From contig CAZCLD010000004.1 of assembly GCA_964499425.1 (NCBI GenBank), positions 1 to 48,150 on the forward strand: a stretch of DNA of 48,150 bases, given 5' to 3'. Position 1 is the first letter of the stretch, and the number at the start of each line of letters is the position of its first letter. The notes beneath the pieces were generated by a model, which saw only the letters and a list, made by a program, of their open reading frames with translations, did no database searches and was not told the origin of the DNA. Shown here one piece after another: positions 8,532-18,800 of this stretch. This DNA is from an uncultured Candidatus Peribacteria bacterium. Lineage in GTDB: Bacteria; Patescibacteriota; Gracilibacteria; UBA1369; LOWO2-01-FULL-3. The position numbers and the translations under genes were made by a program.

Positions 8532-8800
8532 TTTCTCTTTAGCTCCGCCGTGTCGCTGACGCCTCAGTGACTGTCCCCCTTGGGCTGATAAGTGGGTGCC
8601 CTCATCGATCGACCTCGATCGACCGAAATGGTTGAGCTCCCGACACTGAATTGATAGAGAGAGTAGATAAGGCTCTGACGATGCAGAGCAGAGCAACCCC
8701 CATGGTAAAGAAGTCCAAATCTAATGTAAAGCCCCTTAAACAAGCCACCCGAAATGGGCTCTACGCAACATAACGTGCCTTGACAGAGCACCTCACCACT
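8532..8800 (-). ncRNA. Candidate structured non-coding RNA or long structured 3' UTR, family not identified
   Basis: Stretch of about 270 nt with no convincing ORF. It is visibly more GC-rich than its flanks and has several local hairpins (for example GCTCTG-ACGAT-CAGAGC at 8672-8688 and GTCACTGA/TCAGCGAC at 8553-8572). It ends at the strand-specific terminator. Confidence 0.3.
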
Positions 8801-8804
8801 AGAT

Positions 8805-9497
8805 TTATGTACCCAAAAGCAAAATCACACTAACCTTGTCATGTAAATACCCCATGCTGTAGGCAAAAAAGGAGAAATCAAATATATTCCCCAGAATAAA
8901 GACATCAATCAAAATTATCGCAACAAAATATTTCATCCCATAGACTAAATAATTCGAATATTGTCGGTGAAATCGCTTAGGTATAAGTAGCCCTAAAATC
9001 TTGGAGCCATCCAGGGGCGGAAAAGGGAAAAGGTTAAAAATTCCCAGGAAAATACTGACGTGAAAAGTATATTGAACAATCGCCAAAACAGGCTCCACCA
9101 TATACTGTCCCAGATATTTCCAAGGCAAAGCCACAAAAAAGGCCAAAACAAAATTTGACATTGGCCCAGCCAAAGCAGTTAGAGCACTGTCCCTTACAGG
9201 CTTTTTAAAATTTGCCGGATTCACAGGCACAGGCTTTCCCCATCCTATTCTTTGAGTAATAAGAAAAATGATACTTCCAGCAGCATCCAGATGGGCTATC
9301 GGATTTAAGGTCAGCCTACCCTTCATCTTGGCTGTAGGATCACCTAAATAATATGCAACTAAAGCATGTGAAGCCTCATGTACTGTCAAAGTAATGAGAA
9401 GTGCAACCAGAAAATAGAGAAAACCAACTGGATCAGAGAGCATAAAAAGTTTTAGAAAGCACAGAGAAAGATGCCACAAAAGAAGGGACATTGCCAA
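8805..9497 (-). CDS. Site-2 protease family (peptidase M50) membrane metalloprotease
   Basis: HEASHALVAYYLGD (HExxH) in a TM helix and a downstream FPFPPLDGSKI motif. Multiple hydrophobic segments. Confidence 0.85.
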   Translation of the reverse strand: MAMSLLLWHLSLCFLKLFMLSDPVGFLYFLVALLITLTVHEASHALVAYYLGDPTAKMKGRLTLNPIAHLDAAGSIIFLITQRIGWGKPVPVNPANFKKPVRDSALTALAGPMSNFVLAFFVALPWKYLGQYMVEPVLAIVQYTFHVSIFLGIFNLFPFPPLDGSKILGLLIPKRFHRQYSNYLVYGMKYFVAIILIDVFILGNIFDFSFFAYSMGYLHDKVSVILLLGT

Positions 9498-9511
9498 TAA
9501 AATATTCGGTG

Positions 9512-10444
9512 CTACAGTCTACCGATCGCCGCAGCTCTAAATCTCATCACCAATCTATCAACCCATCGAGGATCACTTCTCTCAACAACATCTCGCACTC
9601 TCCACTCAGGGATATTCTTCTTCTCGTTTTTTATCAATCCATCATGCGCCAATTGATGATGTGCTTTACACAAAGCAAAAAGACGATCTGGATCATGCAA
9701 CCAGGTCACACCAAATCTGTCAGCATGATGCAACTCAGAATAGTGCTTACTACAACCCGGAAACTCACATTTATAATTTGACCTTTTCAACACAAAGCGC
9801 CTTATTGCACTTGGAATATGCCTGGATACTGTTTTAACCGCCGTAGGTTTCTCCAACGCTAATTTCTCTTCCCAAAGATTTACAAGGACTCTCATCAAAT
9901 CATTCCACTCTCCGTCTCCCTTCAATTTTTTCAATTTCCAACACACCTCAGAATCAGCAACAATCAACAATGATTCCACGTCAGCCACCTCTGTCAAATC
10001 CGCACTCATGGTGAAAAGCGGCAAAACCCCCGACTTCCTAGGAAGGGCACCCCCTGAACCACGAATTCCCTTTGCATAAACTTCCAAAGTATTTTTACTC
10101 ATACCCCTAGCCTTTTGCGCTAACTCCCTGTCATTTTCCGGCGTAGCAATGCACACTACAGGACTAACCGCCCAAATCCCTTTCTCCTCAACCACCTTTC
10201 TAAGCTCCGGCAAATTTTCTGTTTTCTTCATAATCCTAAGCCCTTCGTTAACCTTTTCTCTGCTCATCCCTGCTATCTTTGCCGCATATTCAAAAATTGA
10301 TCCAAACCCTTTCTTTTCCCAAATTTTCAAGCGCTCAATCTCTGGCAATAGCAAAACGCATTTCCGCATCCATTCCTTAGCATTTCTACCAAAATCCTTA
10401 AACTTTTCATGTATGCCCCTCTCTTCATCGGCTAACTTAGACAT
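9512..10444 (-). CDS. HNH endonuclease domain protein
   Basis: C-terminal YKCEFPGCSKHYSELHHADRF...CKAHHQLAH (HNH / Cys-His box). Start placed at MSKLADEE (10444); the track ORF extends to 10486. Confidence 0.8.
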   Translation of the reverse strand: MSKLADEERGIHEKFKDFGRNAKEWMRKCVLLLPEIERLKIWEKKGFGSIFEYAAKIAGMSREKVNEGLRIMKKTENLPELRKVVEEKGIWAVSPVVCIATPENDRELAQKARGMSKNTLEVYAKGIRGSGGALPRKSGVLPLFTMSADLTEVADVESLLIVADSEVCWKLKKLKGDGEWNDLMRVLVNLWEEKLALEKPTAVKTVSRHIPSAIRRFVLKRSNYKCEFPGCSKHYSELHHADRFGVTWLHDPDRLFALCKAHHQLAHDGLIKNEKKNIPEWRVRDVVERSDPRWVDRLVMRFRAAAIGRL

Positions 10445-10600
10445 GATATAAATCACAAAAATACTTACACCTACCCTAGCAGCCAAACATTAAAAAATTA
10501 TTAAATTTTTCTAAACTTTACAGGTCCAAACTCAAATATTAATGACAAAGAAGAGCCACCATGTTATAACCATGCCACCAGCGAACGCAGTGGCGAACGC

Positions 10601-10779
10601 GAGCGCGCAGGCCGCAACGAGGATCTGGCTTTGCCAGAGTCAGCGAGCCCACAGGGTGAGCGCGCAGGCCGCAACGAGGACCTGGCTTTGCCAGAGTCAG
10701 CGAGCCCACAGGGTGAGCGCGAGCAAGCTGAAGAATCTGGCTCCGCCAGTTCTAAAGCGCAGCGAGCTCATACCAACAA
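10601..10779. repeat. 57-bp tandem repeat: two near-identical copies plus a degenerate third, ending at the tRNA-Ser 5' end
   Basis: 10601-10657 and 10658-10714 differ at one position (T10624 vs C10681). 10715-10779 retains GAGCGCG, the CTGGC-NNN-GCCAG hairpin and CAGCGAGC. Much more GC-rich than the flanks. Confidence 0.85.
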
Positions 10780-10871
<92 letters not shown>

Positions 10872-11036
10872 TATTAAGTAGCGAGATTTCCGATCCGGAG
10901 CGAAGGCGATTGGGTACAATCGCCGGAGCGAAGGAAAGTTTTCAAAAAATTTGTCGCGGTCAGCGGAAACAAATTTTGTAGAAAACTCAGGAAATCCCTA
11001 TTGAAAGTCAGATTTCCTTCCCCTATCATTTCCCCA

Positions 11037-12518
11037 ATGAAGAAATACAAACTCGAACTCATAGTTTTCATCAGCGGCGCAGTAATCATGATGCTGGAAT
11101 TAACCGGTTCGCGAGTGCTTGCACCATTTCTCGGTACCTCAATTTTCATATGGACCAGCCTTATCGGTGTCATCCTAGCAAGTCTAAGTCTAGGATACTT
11201 CCTCGGAGGAAAATCAGCAGACAAAAAACCCAGCCTTGAAAAATTCTCTCTCATTCTACTCATCGCCGGCCTATTGATCGCCATTACAACAGTTTCCAAA
11301 AACATCACTCTCGATTTCGTAGAACAAAACATCAAAAACGTCCGCACTGGAGCAGTCATAGCAACCCTGATTCTTTTCGCACCAGCAAGCATCTTTTTAG
11401 GAATGGTCTCACCCTACGCAGTAAAGCTTAAGGTCAAAAGCATAGATAAAGCAGGCCGCACCGTCGGCAACCTCTACGCCCTTTCGACAATCGGCAGCAT
11501 AGTAGGCACATTCCTCTCCGGCTTTTATCTCATCTCATATATCGGCCACACAAAACTCCTAATGATTTTAGCCATCCTAATGGTCATCACCTCCATGCTG
11601 GCAAATTTAAAGAAAACTCTACTACTCAAAATCGTAATCGCCTTAACATTAATCACATATATTGCTTCTGCAAATATCGCTCAAGCAAACCTAGAAGAAG
11701 ACGGCGTCATCGAAATTGACACTCTATACAACCACGTAAAAATCCACAAAGACCTTGATTACAATAGCTTGAAGCCAATAATCCGCATGAGCCTGAACAA
11801 AAACTCAAGCTCCGCAATGTTTGAAGAAAGCGACGAACTGGTTTTTGTCTATACAAAATTCTACGATCTTGCCAAACATTTCAATCCAGACTTCAAAAAA
11901 TCCCTGATGATCGGAGGTGCTGCATACTCCTATCCCAAACATTATTTAGAAAAATACCCAGAGGCTTCAATTGATGTAGTAGAAATAGATCCCGCCCTGA
12001 CCGACATTGCAAAAGAGCATTTTCATTTAAAAGATAATCCCCGTCTAAGAGTTTTCCACGAAGACGGCCGCACTTTCCTAAACACCACCACAGAAAAATA
12101 CGACGTTATTTTTGGAGACGCATTCAAGGCATACTTTTCAATCCCCTACCAGCTCACAACCTTCGAATCCGTTCAAAAAATGTACAATGCCCTTAACAAA
12201 GATGGCATCGTCCTAATCAATATCATTTCTGCACTGGAAGGAGAAAAAAGCGAGTTTCTGCGAGCCGAGTACCACACTTTTAAAAAAGTCTTCCCACAAG
12301 TCCTAGTTTTCGCAGTTTACTACCCGGAAAACGGCCTGACAAACCAAAACATAATGCTCGTAGCACTAAAGTCGGAAAACAAACCAGGCTTTGCAAACGA
12401 GGACCCAGAATTAAATCAATACCTAAAACATCTCTGGAAAAAAGATATTCCCCTGGATATGCCTGTGCTAACTGACGATTTTGCGCCAGTAGACAAATAC
12501 ATCATGAAATTGCTATGA
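11037..12518 (+). CDS. Membrane-anchored spermidine-synthase-like (class I SAM/dcSAM-dependent) fusion protein
   Basis: Seven or so N-terminal hydrophobic helices, then LMIGGAAYSYPK...DVVEIDP...DVIFGDAF, typical of the spermidine synthase fold. Start placed at MKKYKLEL (11037). Confidence 0.8.
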   Translation: MKKYKLELIVFISGAVIMMLELTGSRVLAPFLGTSIFIWTSLIGVILASLSLGYFLGGKSADKKPSLEKFSLILLIAGLLIAITTVSKNITLDFVEQNIKNVRTGAVIATLILFAPASIFLGMVSPYAVKLKVKSIDKAGRTVGNLYALSTIGSIVGTFLSGFYLISYIGHTKLLMILAILMVITSMLANLKKTLLLKIVIALTLITYIASANIAQANLEEDGVIEIDTLYNHVKIHKDLDYNSLKPIIRMSLNKNSSSAMFEESDELVFVYTKFYDLAKHFNPDFKKSLMIGGAAYSYPKHYLEKYPEASIDVVEIDPALTDIAKEHFHLKDNPRLRVFHEDGRTFLNTTTEKYDVIFGDAFKAYFSIPYQLTTFESVQKMYNALNKDGIVLINIISALEGEKSEFLRAEYHTFKKVFPQVLVFAVYYPENGLTNQNIMLVALKSENKPGFANEDPELNQYLKHLWKKDIPLDMPVLTDDFAPVDKYIMKLL

Positions 12519-12964
12519 ACCCCAGCTACTCCAAAAACAAGAAAGCTCTACACGACTACCACGTCTTAGATACATTTGAGGCAGGAATAGTGTTAAATGG
12601 CGACGAAGTTAAATCCATAAAAAACAACCAAGCAAATCTCAAAGGCTCATTTGTTGATATCGAAAAGGAAGAAGCCTTCCTCAACGAAGCACACGTCAGC
12701 CGCTACAAACATTCAAGCCGCGGAGAACACAATCCCACTCAAAAAAGAAAACTCATTCTCCACAAAAGAGAAATCCTCAAAATCGACCGTGCCATCTCAG
12801 AAAAAGGCACAACCTGTGTACCACTCGAGCTCTACGCTAAAAAGGGACTAATCAAAGTCAAAATTGGCTTATGTAAAGGGAAAAAGCTCTACGACAAAAG
12901 ATCAGAGCTCAAAAAGCGCGCCCAAAATTTAGAGATAAACAGGCAACTCAAAAAATTTCAGTAG
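12515..12964 (+). CDS. smpB: SsrA-binding protein SmpB
   Basis: 149 aa with KNKKALHDYHVLDTFEAGIVLNGDEVKSIK...LHKREI...KGLIKVKIGLCKGKKLYDKR, the characteristic SmpB pattern. Confidence 0.9.
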   Translation: MNPSYSKNKKALHDYHVLDTFEAGIVLNGDEVKSIKNNQANLKGSFVDIEKEEAFLNEAHVSRYKHSSRGEHNPTQKRKLILHKREILKIDRAISEKGTTCVPLELYAKKGLIKVKIGLCKGKKLYDKRSELKKRAQNLEINRQLKKFQ

Positions 12965-13049
12965 TGCCAATACAAATCTTTAATTCATGCAATCCTTTTT
13001 GAGGGGGTCGCTCTTCCAATATCCGCAAAACCTTGTATAATTCGCTCCC

Positions 13050-13802
13050 ATGCACAACATCTATACAAAAATCATTGCCGGCATCCACAAGTACTTTAAA
13101 CAGGCTAAATTTGAGAAGGCTGTAATCGGGGTAAGCGGAGGTGTGGACAGCGCACTAGCGCTCAAGCTCACAGTAGATGCGCTCGGACATGAAAACGTCA
13201 CCGCTCTACTAATGCCAGAAAAAGGCATCTCCACAGACGAAAATAGCGCACATGCCAAAACGCTATGTCAATTTCTTGATGTAGAACAATACAACGTCCC
13301 CATCAACAAATTCTTAACAGACTTCCTCGCCCTTGGTTGGAAACCAAACGACTTAGCCCAAATCAACACCAAGGCACGAATAAGAATGACTATTTTGTAT
13401 AGCTTTGCCAACACAAGAAACTGCTTAGTAATCGGAACTTCCAACAAAACTGAATTAAAACTCGGATATGGAACAAAGCACGGTGATCTCGCAGGCGATA
13501 TTGAAGTAATCGGAGATCTTCTTAAAGAAGACGTATACAAGTTAGCTGAACACGTAGGCCTACCACCCGAATTCATGGAAAAAGCCCCCTCTGCCGAACT
13601 TTATGCCAACCAAACTGATGAAGAAGAGTTAGGAATGACTTACAAGGAAATAGATCTCATTCTCAAGAAAATGGATGAAGGCCTAAGCAAGGATGACCTC
13701 ATAAATAAAGGCCTAAACCCAAACACAGTACACAAAATCTTCCGCCTAGTTGAATTCAATGCCCATAAGACTCGACCAGCCCATCTGATCAAAACAAGCT
13801 AA
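13050..13802 (+). CDS. nadE: NH3-dependent NAD+ synthetase
   Basis: GVSGGVDSALA PP-loop (SGGxDS), 250 aa, GTSNKTELKLGYGTKHGD motif. Confidence 0.9.
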   Translation: MHNIYTKIIAGIHKYFKQAKFEKAVIGVSGGVDSALALKLTVDALGHENVTALLMPEKGISTDENSAHAKTLCQFLDVEQYNVPINKFLTDFLALGWKPNDLAQINTKARIRMTILYSFANTRNCLVIGTSNKTELKLGYGTKHGDLAGDIEVIGDLLKEDVYKLAEHVGLPPEFMEKAPSAELYANQTDEEELGMTYKEIDLILKKMDEGLSKDDLINKGLNPNTVHKIFRLVEFNAHKTRPAHLIKTS

Positions 13803-13841
13803 ACCTTGCATTCGAAGAGATGTGGCCCTAAAATTCCAGAC

Positions 13842-14408
13842 ATGAAATCCGCACTCTATGTTGGTCGCTTCCAGCCTTTCCACAAAGGGCACTTAAAAGT
13901 CGTCAAAAGAATACTCAAAGAAAATGACCGTGTGATCTTAGTAATCGGAAGCGCAGAAAAGAACTTCCTCCCAAAAAATCCACTCACCGCAGGAGAGCGC
14001 CACACACTGATTGATGAAGGCCTGAGGGAAGCCAGGATCCCAGCCTCAAAATACTGCATTATCCCTGTCAGAAACGTCAACAATTACGCTCTTTGGGTCA
14101 ATCACATAAATGTTTATGTCCCCCCGTATCAGAGGCTCTACACTGGCTCCGAAATCGTAAAAGCCTGCTACACCGGCAAATACCAGAAGGGCCATCGCAA
14201 AAACAAGGTCGGCCCTGAAATCACACAAATAAAACGCGATCCCCCCATCAGCTCAACCCAGATAAGAGATGCCATCATTAAAGGCAACAACTGGGAAGAC
14301 TTGGTCCCCAAGGCCGTTTCAAAGCTACTGAAAGAATGGGGAATTGAAGAACGCTTACAAACCATTCAAAATACAATGGATTTAACGAAATATAATAATG
14401 CCTATTAA
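13842..14408 (+). CDS. nadM: Nicotinamide-nucleotide adenylyltransferase, archaeal/NadM type
   Basis: GRFQPFHKGH (HxGH-type) and ISSTQIR motifs. Start placed at MKSALYVG (13842); the track start at 13806 is TTG. Confidence 0.8.
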   Translation: MKSALYVGRFQPFHKGHLKVVKRILKENDRVILVIGSAEKNFLPKNPLTAGERHTLIDEGLREARIPASKYCIIPVRNVNNYALWVNHINVYVPPYQRLYTGSEIVKACYTGKYQKGHRKNKVGPEITQIKRDPPISSTQIRDAIIKGNNWEDLVPKAVSKLLKEWGIEERLQTIQNTMDLTKYNNAY

Positions 14409-15807
14409 CCCATACATCTTCCGGGCATATGATATTAGGGGAATTGCTCAGGCCACACCAAAAAGCCCTGCCGACCTCACCCCGGAAACAATTTACCTCA
14501 TCGGCAAGGCTGCTGGCAGCTATCTTCAAACGAAATACGGAGCAAAAAATATCGTTGTCGGAGCTGATTGTCGCCTCACTAGCAAAGAGCTTCAAGATGC
14601 CTACATAAAGGGACTAAGCGAAACTGGCCTTAACGTAACAAATATAGGCCTAGCCATTTCACCATTAATCTACTGGGCAGTTTGTGCTCTAGGCTATGAC
14701 GCCGGGACAAATATAACCGCAAGCCACAATCCCAAAGAATACAACGGCCTAAAAATTGTTAGTAAAAACGCTCATTCCGTCTGTGGAGATGAGCTTCAAG
14801 AAATCCTAAAATTGATCACCGAAGAAAAATTCATAAAAGCACAAATCCCAGGTACAATCGAAGAAAAGAACATCATCCCCCAATACCTCGACGACCTGAC
14901 AAAACGCGTCAAAGTAACTCGCAAACTAAAAATTGTAGTTGATGCCGGAAACGGCACGGCAGGCATCTTTGCCCCGGAGTTCCTACGTAAAATCGGATGT
15001 GAAGTAATCGAGCTCTACTGCAACCTAGACGGCAATTTCCCAAATCACGAAGCCAATCCAGAAGAGCTGGCCAACATGCAAGATCTCATCAAGGCAGTCT
15101 TGGATAATCAGGCAGATCTCGGCATCGGGTTTGACGGAGATGGAGACCGCGTCGGAGTAGTAAATGAAAAAGGCGAGCTCTATTCTTCAGACTATATTCT
15201 CCTCATGTTCGTGCGAGATCTAGTTACACGCATAAAAAATCCTCAGATAGTCTTTGACGTAAAAACTTCACAAGTTGTCATCGAAGACATCAAGCTCCAC
15301 GAAGCCATCCCCGTGATGTGCAAAACAGGGCACAGTTTTATCGAAAACAAGATGAAAGAAATCGGGTCACCATTAGCCGGCGAAGTTTCTGGACATCTAT
15401 TCTTCGGAGAAAACTATTATGGATTCGACGATGCACTGCTAGCCGCTGGTAAAGTGGTAGAAATTCTCTCAGCAGAAACACATCCTATGTCTCAAATGTT
15501 CAATAGCCTCCCAAAAGTTTTTACAACTCCGGAGTTCAAAGCACACTGCCCCGATGACAAGAAGTTTCAAATTGTAGAAAATCTGGTTAAACACTTCAGC
15601 GAAATCTATCCACACATCGTTATCGATGGCATCCGAGTAAACTTTGACGAGACCTCCTGGGGAGCAGTTCGCGCATCTAACACCAGCCCAAACCTAACTC
15701 TCCGCTTTGAAGCTCAAACCGAAGAAAGGCTCAAAGAGATTCAGGCCATAATGGTAGAAGAATTGAAAAAATACCCAGAAGTCAGTTTAGACTGGTACAA
15801 AGTCTAA
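14398..15807 (+). CDS. Phosphomannomutase / phosphoglucomutase (alpha-D-phosphohexomutase family)
   Basis: TASHNPKEYNGLK active-site serine loop, GFDGDGDR metal-binding loop, GEVSGH sugar-binding loop. Confidence 0.9.
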   Translation: MPINPYIFRAYDIRGIAQATPKSPADLTPETIYLIGKAAGSYLQTKYGAKNIVVGADCRLTSKELQDAYIKGLSETGLNVTNIGLAISPLIYWAVCALGYDAGTNITASHNPKEYNGLKIVSKNAHSVCGDELQEILKLITEEKFIKAQIPGTIEEKNIIPQYLDDLTKRVKVTRKLKIVVDAGNGTAGIFAPEFLRKIGCEVIELYCNLDGNFPNHEANPEELANMQDLIKAVLDNQADLGIGFDGDGDRVGVVNEKGELYSSDYILLMFVRDLVTRIKNPQIVFDVKTSQVVIEDIKLHEAIPVMCKTGHSFIENKMKEIGSPLAGEVSGHLFFGENYYGFDDALLAAGKVVEILSAETHPMSQMFNSLPKVFTTPEFKAHCPDDKKFQIVENLVKHFSEIYPHIVIDGIRVNFDETSWGAVRASNTSPNLTLRFEAQTEERLKEIQAIMVEELKKYPEVSLDWYKV

Positions 15808-18800
15808 AAACCTCCAATATTTTGAACACCCGCCTTGGAGAACACAAACGATTCTTGAGATGGTGCAACATAGAAAACATAAACTGGGTCAAAATCCGTA
15901 CCAGTTTGAGGTGCATTATCAAGACCCTGAGACAAAAATTCCACATCACTAGGTGAGACCAAATCTCCACCCTGACCATTTCCCTCGTATTTCGAGAACG
16001 GATCAATCCCATTACATGCATACTCCTGATCAGCAGGCCCAGTATCAAAGCAAGGCACCCTATCACCACAAACCGTTTCACCATTAGAGATAGCTAGGCT
16101 TTGAGCAGGACTAAGTCCCGTCCCACACTTCTGATCTATCGGCAAACCGTTATCAGCAATTTCCAGCTTCAATCTAAATAACCTCAAATAATTCAGGTCA
16201 TACTCCTGTGCACGAGTTCTATCATCTAAACTCGCAGGAAGATTAACGACCTCTCCTCCCCCCAAAACAAGATAATCTTTAGGATCCTGTCCCTTGTCAA
16301 GATCTGCACCACCAATAGTATTTTCAGAATAAATCGCTCCCTCAATGAAAAGCTGACAACCCAGTGAATTCGCTCTCGCTTTTGGATTTGCCCAAACTGG
16401 AAGACCACTCTCATCAATCGCTCCACCAACAGAATCATAAGAGAATAGCGATCCATCGGCAACAATGGTGGCCTGAATATTATTCACCATCTTATTAGGG
16501 TCATTACACGAAGCTATGTAAACATTTCCCTTCTCATATTCATCATCCTTAAAAGCAATCAGGGATAACTTGTGATGATTAACTGGGCCGTTATAACTAT
16601 CCCCATCAATATAAATATCACCACCATCTACCACGATGATCCATTGATAAGTATAGCCATATTCCAAATCAATCGTTACATCACTCCCCTTAAAATACAT
16701 AACAATCTCTTCACCTACTTTGAATAACTGATAATGATCAGCTTCATCACAACCTTCAACTGTATAATGAGTACTATCTCCAAGCCCTGTAATAACACAT
16801 TGCCCCCCGGTTAGAGTATCAAGATTATCAATATTCCTAACTATATTTTCATCAATGATATCCCTAACCCTGCCAGCAACTCCACTGCCCGAGCTCTGAA
16901 TACGATCACCATATTTCACGCCTTTAAGCGCTTGCCCCGAGATATTTCCATGAACAACAATTTCGGGATTAAAGATTTCATCACCCGAAATCCTTGGAAG
17001 TTTATTGTTGTAATACTTAACAGTTCTGGAATTAGAGATATAGCTCACAATCGTATATAAACTCGGTGATTTAGCGAATGCACACGGCAAAACCTCTTCT
17101 TCAGGCTGATCATCTTCACTACCATTGTCACTAGTGCCATCCTCCTCATCTTCTTCTATTTCCATCAAGTCAGCTCTCATCTGCAGGTCAAAAGGTTTAT
17201 TCAGCAAAGTATTAATCAATGTCTCCAATACAGTTTCAGACGCCTGGCTCAAATCTGCACCATCGAAACCACCCAAAAAGTGGAAATTAAACTCAGCATC
17301 TTCGCAACCAACCTCCGCATTAGTATTGTCTTCCGGATAATGTAGGCCAACTTTAACCCTAGCAGTATCAATCACACTCTGCTCCAGCCCACCTAGTATT
17401 TCCGCCCCAATCGACACTTTTTCAGCAACACCTCTGTACACAGCCATCACATCTTGCAAAACTCCAGTAAACAGTGTGTTAATCCCGATAGCAGGTCTAA
17501 AAGACAAGGACATATCAACCTTTCCGTTCGGATAGACAACTCCTTGTTTGAGAAGCTCCGCGTTGTTAGGACCCAGCAATTTATCATAGCTAACATTATC
17601 CAAAATCAACAGATTTGCCTCAGGTTCAGTTAAACCAATGTCATGTATATGCTGAAGGTTATTTACAAGAAGATTTGGATCTGTACTGGTAGTCCAAGAA
17701 AGATTCGCATCATCTGTGGGTGCAAAGGTCCTGACTTTCTCCTTTGAAATATAATGTCCAGGATCACCCGGCACTTGATCAAAGTCGCCAGCTGGATTAC
17801 CAAAAAGCACCAACGGCTTATAAACAACAGCTCCTGCACCCTCGCCCCAGGCACCCTTTTTCTCATTCAAAGAATTACCCACAGTAGCTTTAATCGTCTG
17901 GTCAATTTTGACAGTGTCCTTCCAGTTAACTTTTATGCTCATAAGGAAACTGACCAAGTTTACATCTTGTTGCTGAACTCCAGGCCACTGCCCAGGCACA
18001 AGAGCATTTTGCCCAGTACCATCTCTAACAAACAAATGCACATAATAACCGTCAACGCCGTCCGCAATCCTAATCTCTTCATCACTTCCAGCATCAAACT
18101 CTAGAGTAAGTGGATTTGGCCTCACCTCCACACAAACCCACGGCTTCCCATCACACCAGCCTGGACCCGTAGCAACAATTTGCCCAGGGAGATATGCCCT
18201 CACCCCTTCAAAATTCATCCAAACTCCAGCCTCGGTCCAAGCATATCCATGCAAGAATCCATCAGCATCCATCGTTACTCCATAGGAAAAGGTCCCCGAA
18301 TCCGAATCCTGTGCTTGAAAGGAGCCCTCCGCTTGATACCAAGGCGGAAGACCCATAGAATTCATAAAAACAGCAATTCTTTGTTCCGAAGCAATTCTCG
18401 ACTCAATTGCAGGACTAGTCGACGCCACCAAATTATTCCTAGATGCTTGAGGGCAACTTACTCCCTCCTCAGTTACTTCCTCCTTTTCAAAACTCAAAGT
18501 CACTTCTTGAGTAGTGCTATTCAAAGTAAGGTCATGAGAGCTAAGCGGCTCTGTATCCCCATCACCAAGAATAATAGGCTCTTGTCGTCCACCAACAGGT
18601 CCCCACTCATCACTAACTACAATCGAAGCATTTCCACTAGCATCTATTTTTGAAAGAGCCACCGACAAGGTTTCCTCATTAACATCATCGCCTTCCCTCA
18701 TAATCACATCTCTCGATTCCCCAACGTTAACTATCACTGTATGGGATTCTGTGATTACCCCCGGTTCTTCCAAAATCCTAAATCGCCCTAATGGCGGATT

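Noticed and set aside
8499-8791. Track ORFs 8499-8696 and 8564-8791 (minus strand) as protein-coding genes.
   Set aside because: They overlap each other in different frames, are Cys/Gly/Arg/Ser-rich in a way typical of GC-rich non-coding sequence, and have no start context or motif.
8532-8800. Naming the GC-rich RNA candidate as RNase P RNA, tmRNA or SRP RNA (smpB is nearby).
   Set aside because: On the terminator-defined strand there is no GGAAAGUCC-type P4 motif, no GGUUCGAnUCC T-loop or tag-like ORF, and no GGAA/AGCAGC SRP domain IV core. The only AAGAAGTCC-like word is on the other strand and has too little room. Left unclassified.
10601-10779. The 57-bp repeats as a CRISPR array.
   Set aside because: The units are directly contiguous with no spacers. 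There are only two good copies, and no cas genes are in the window.
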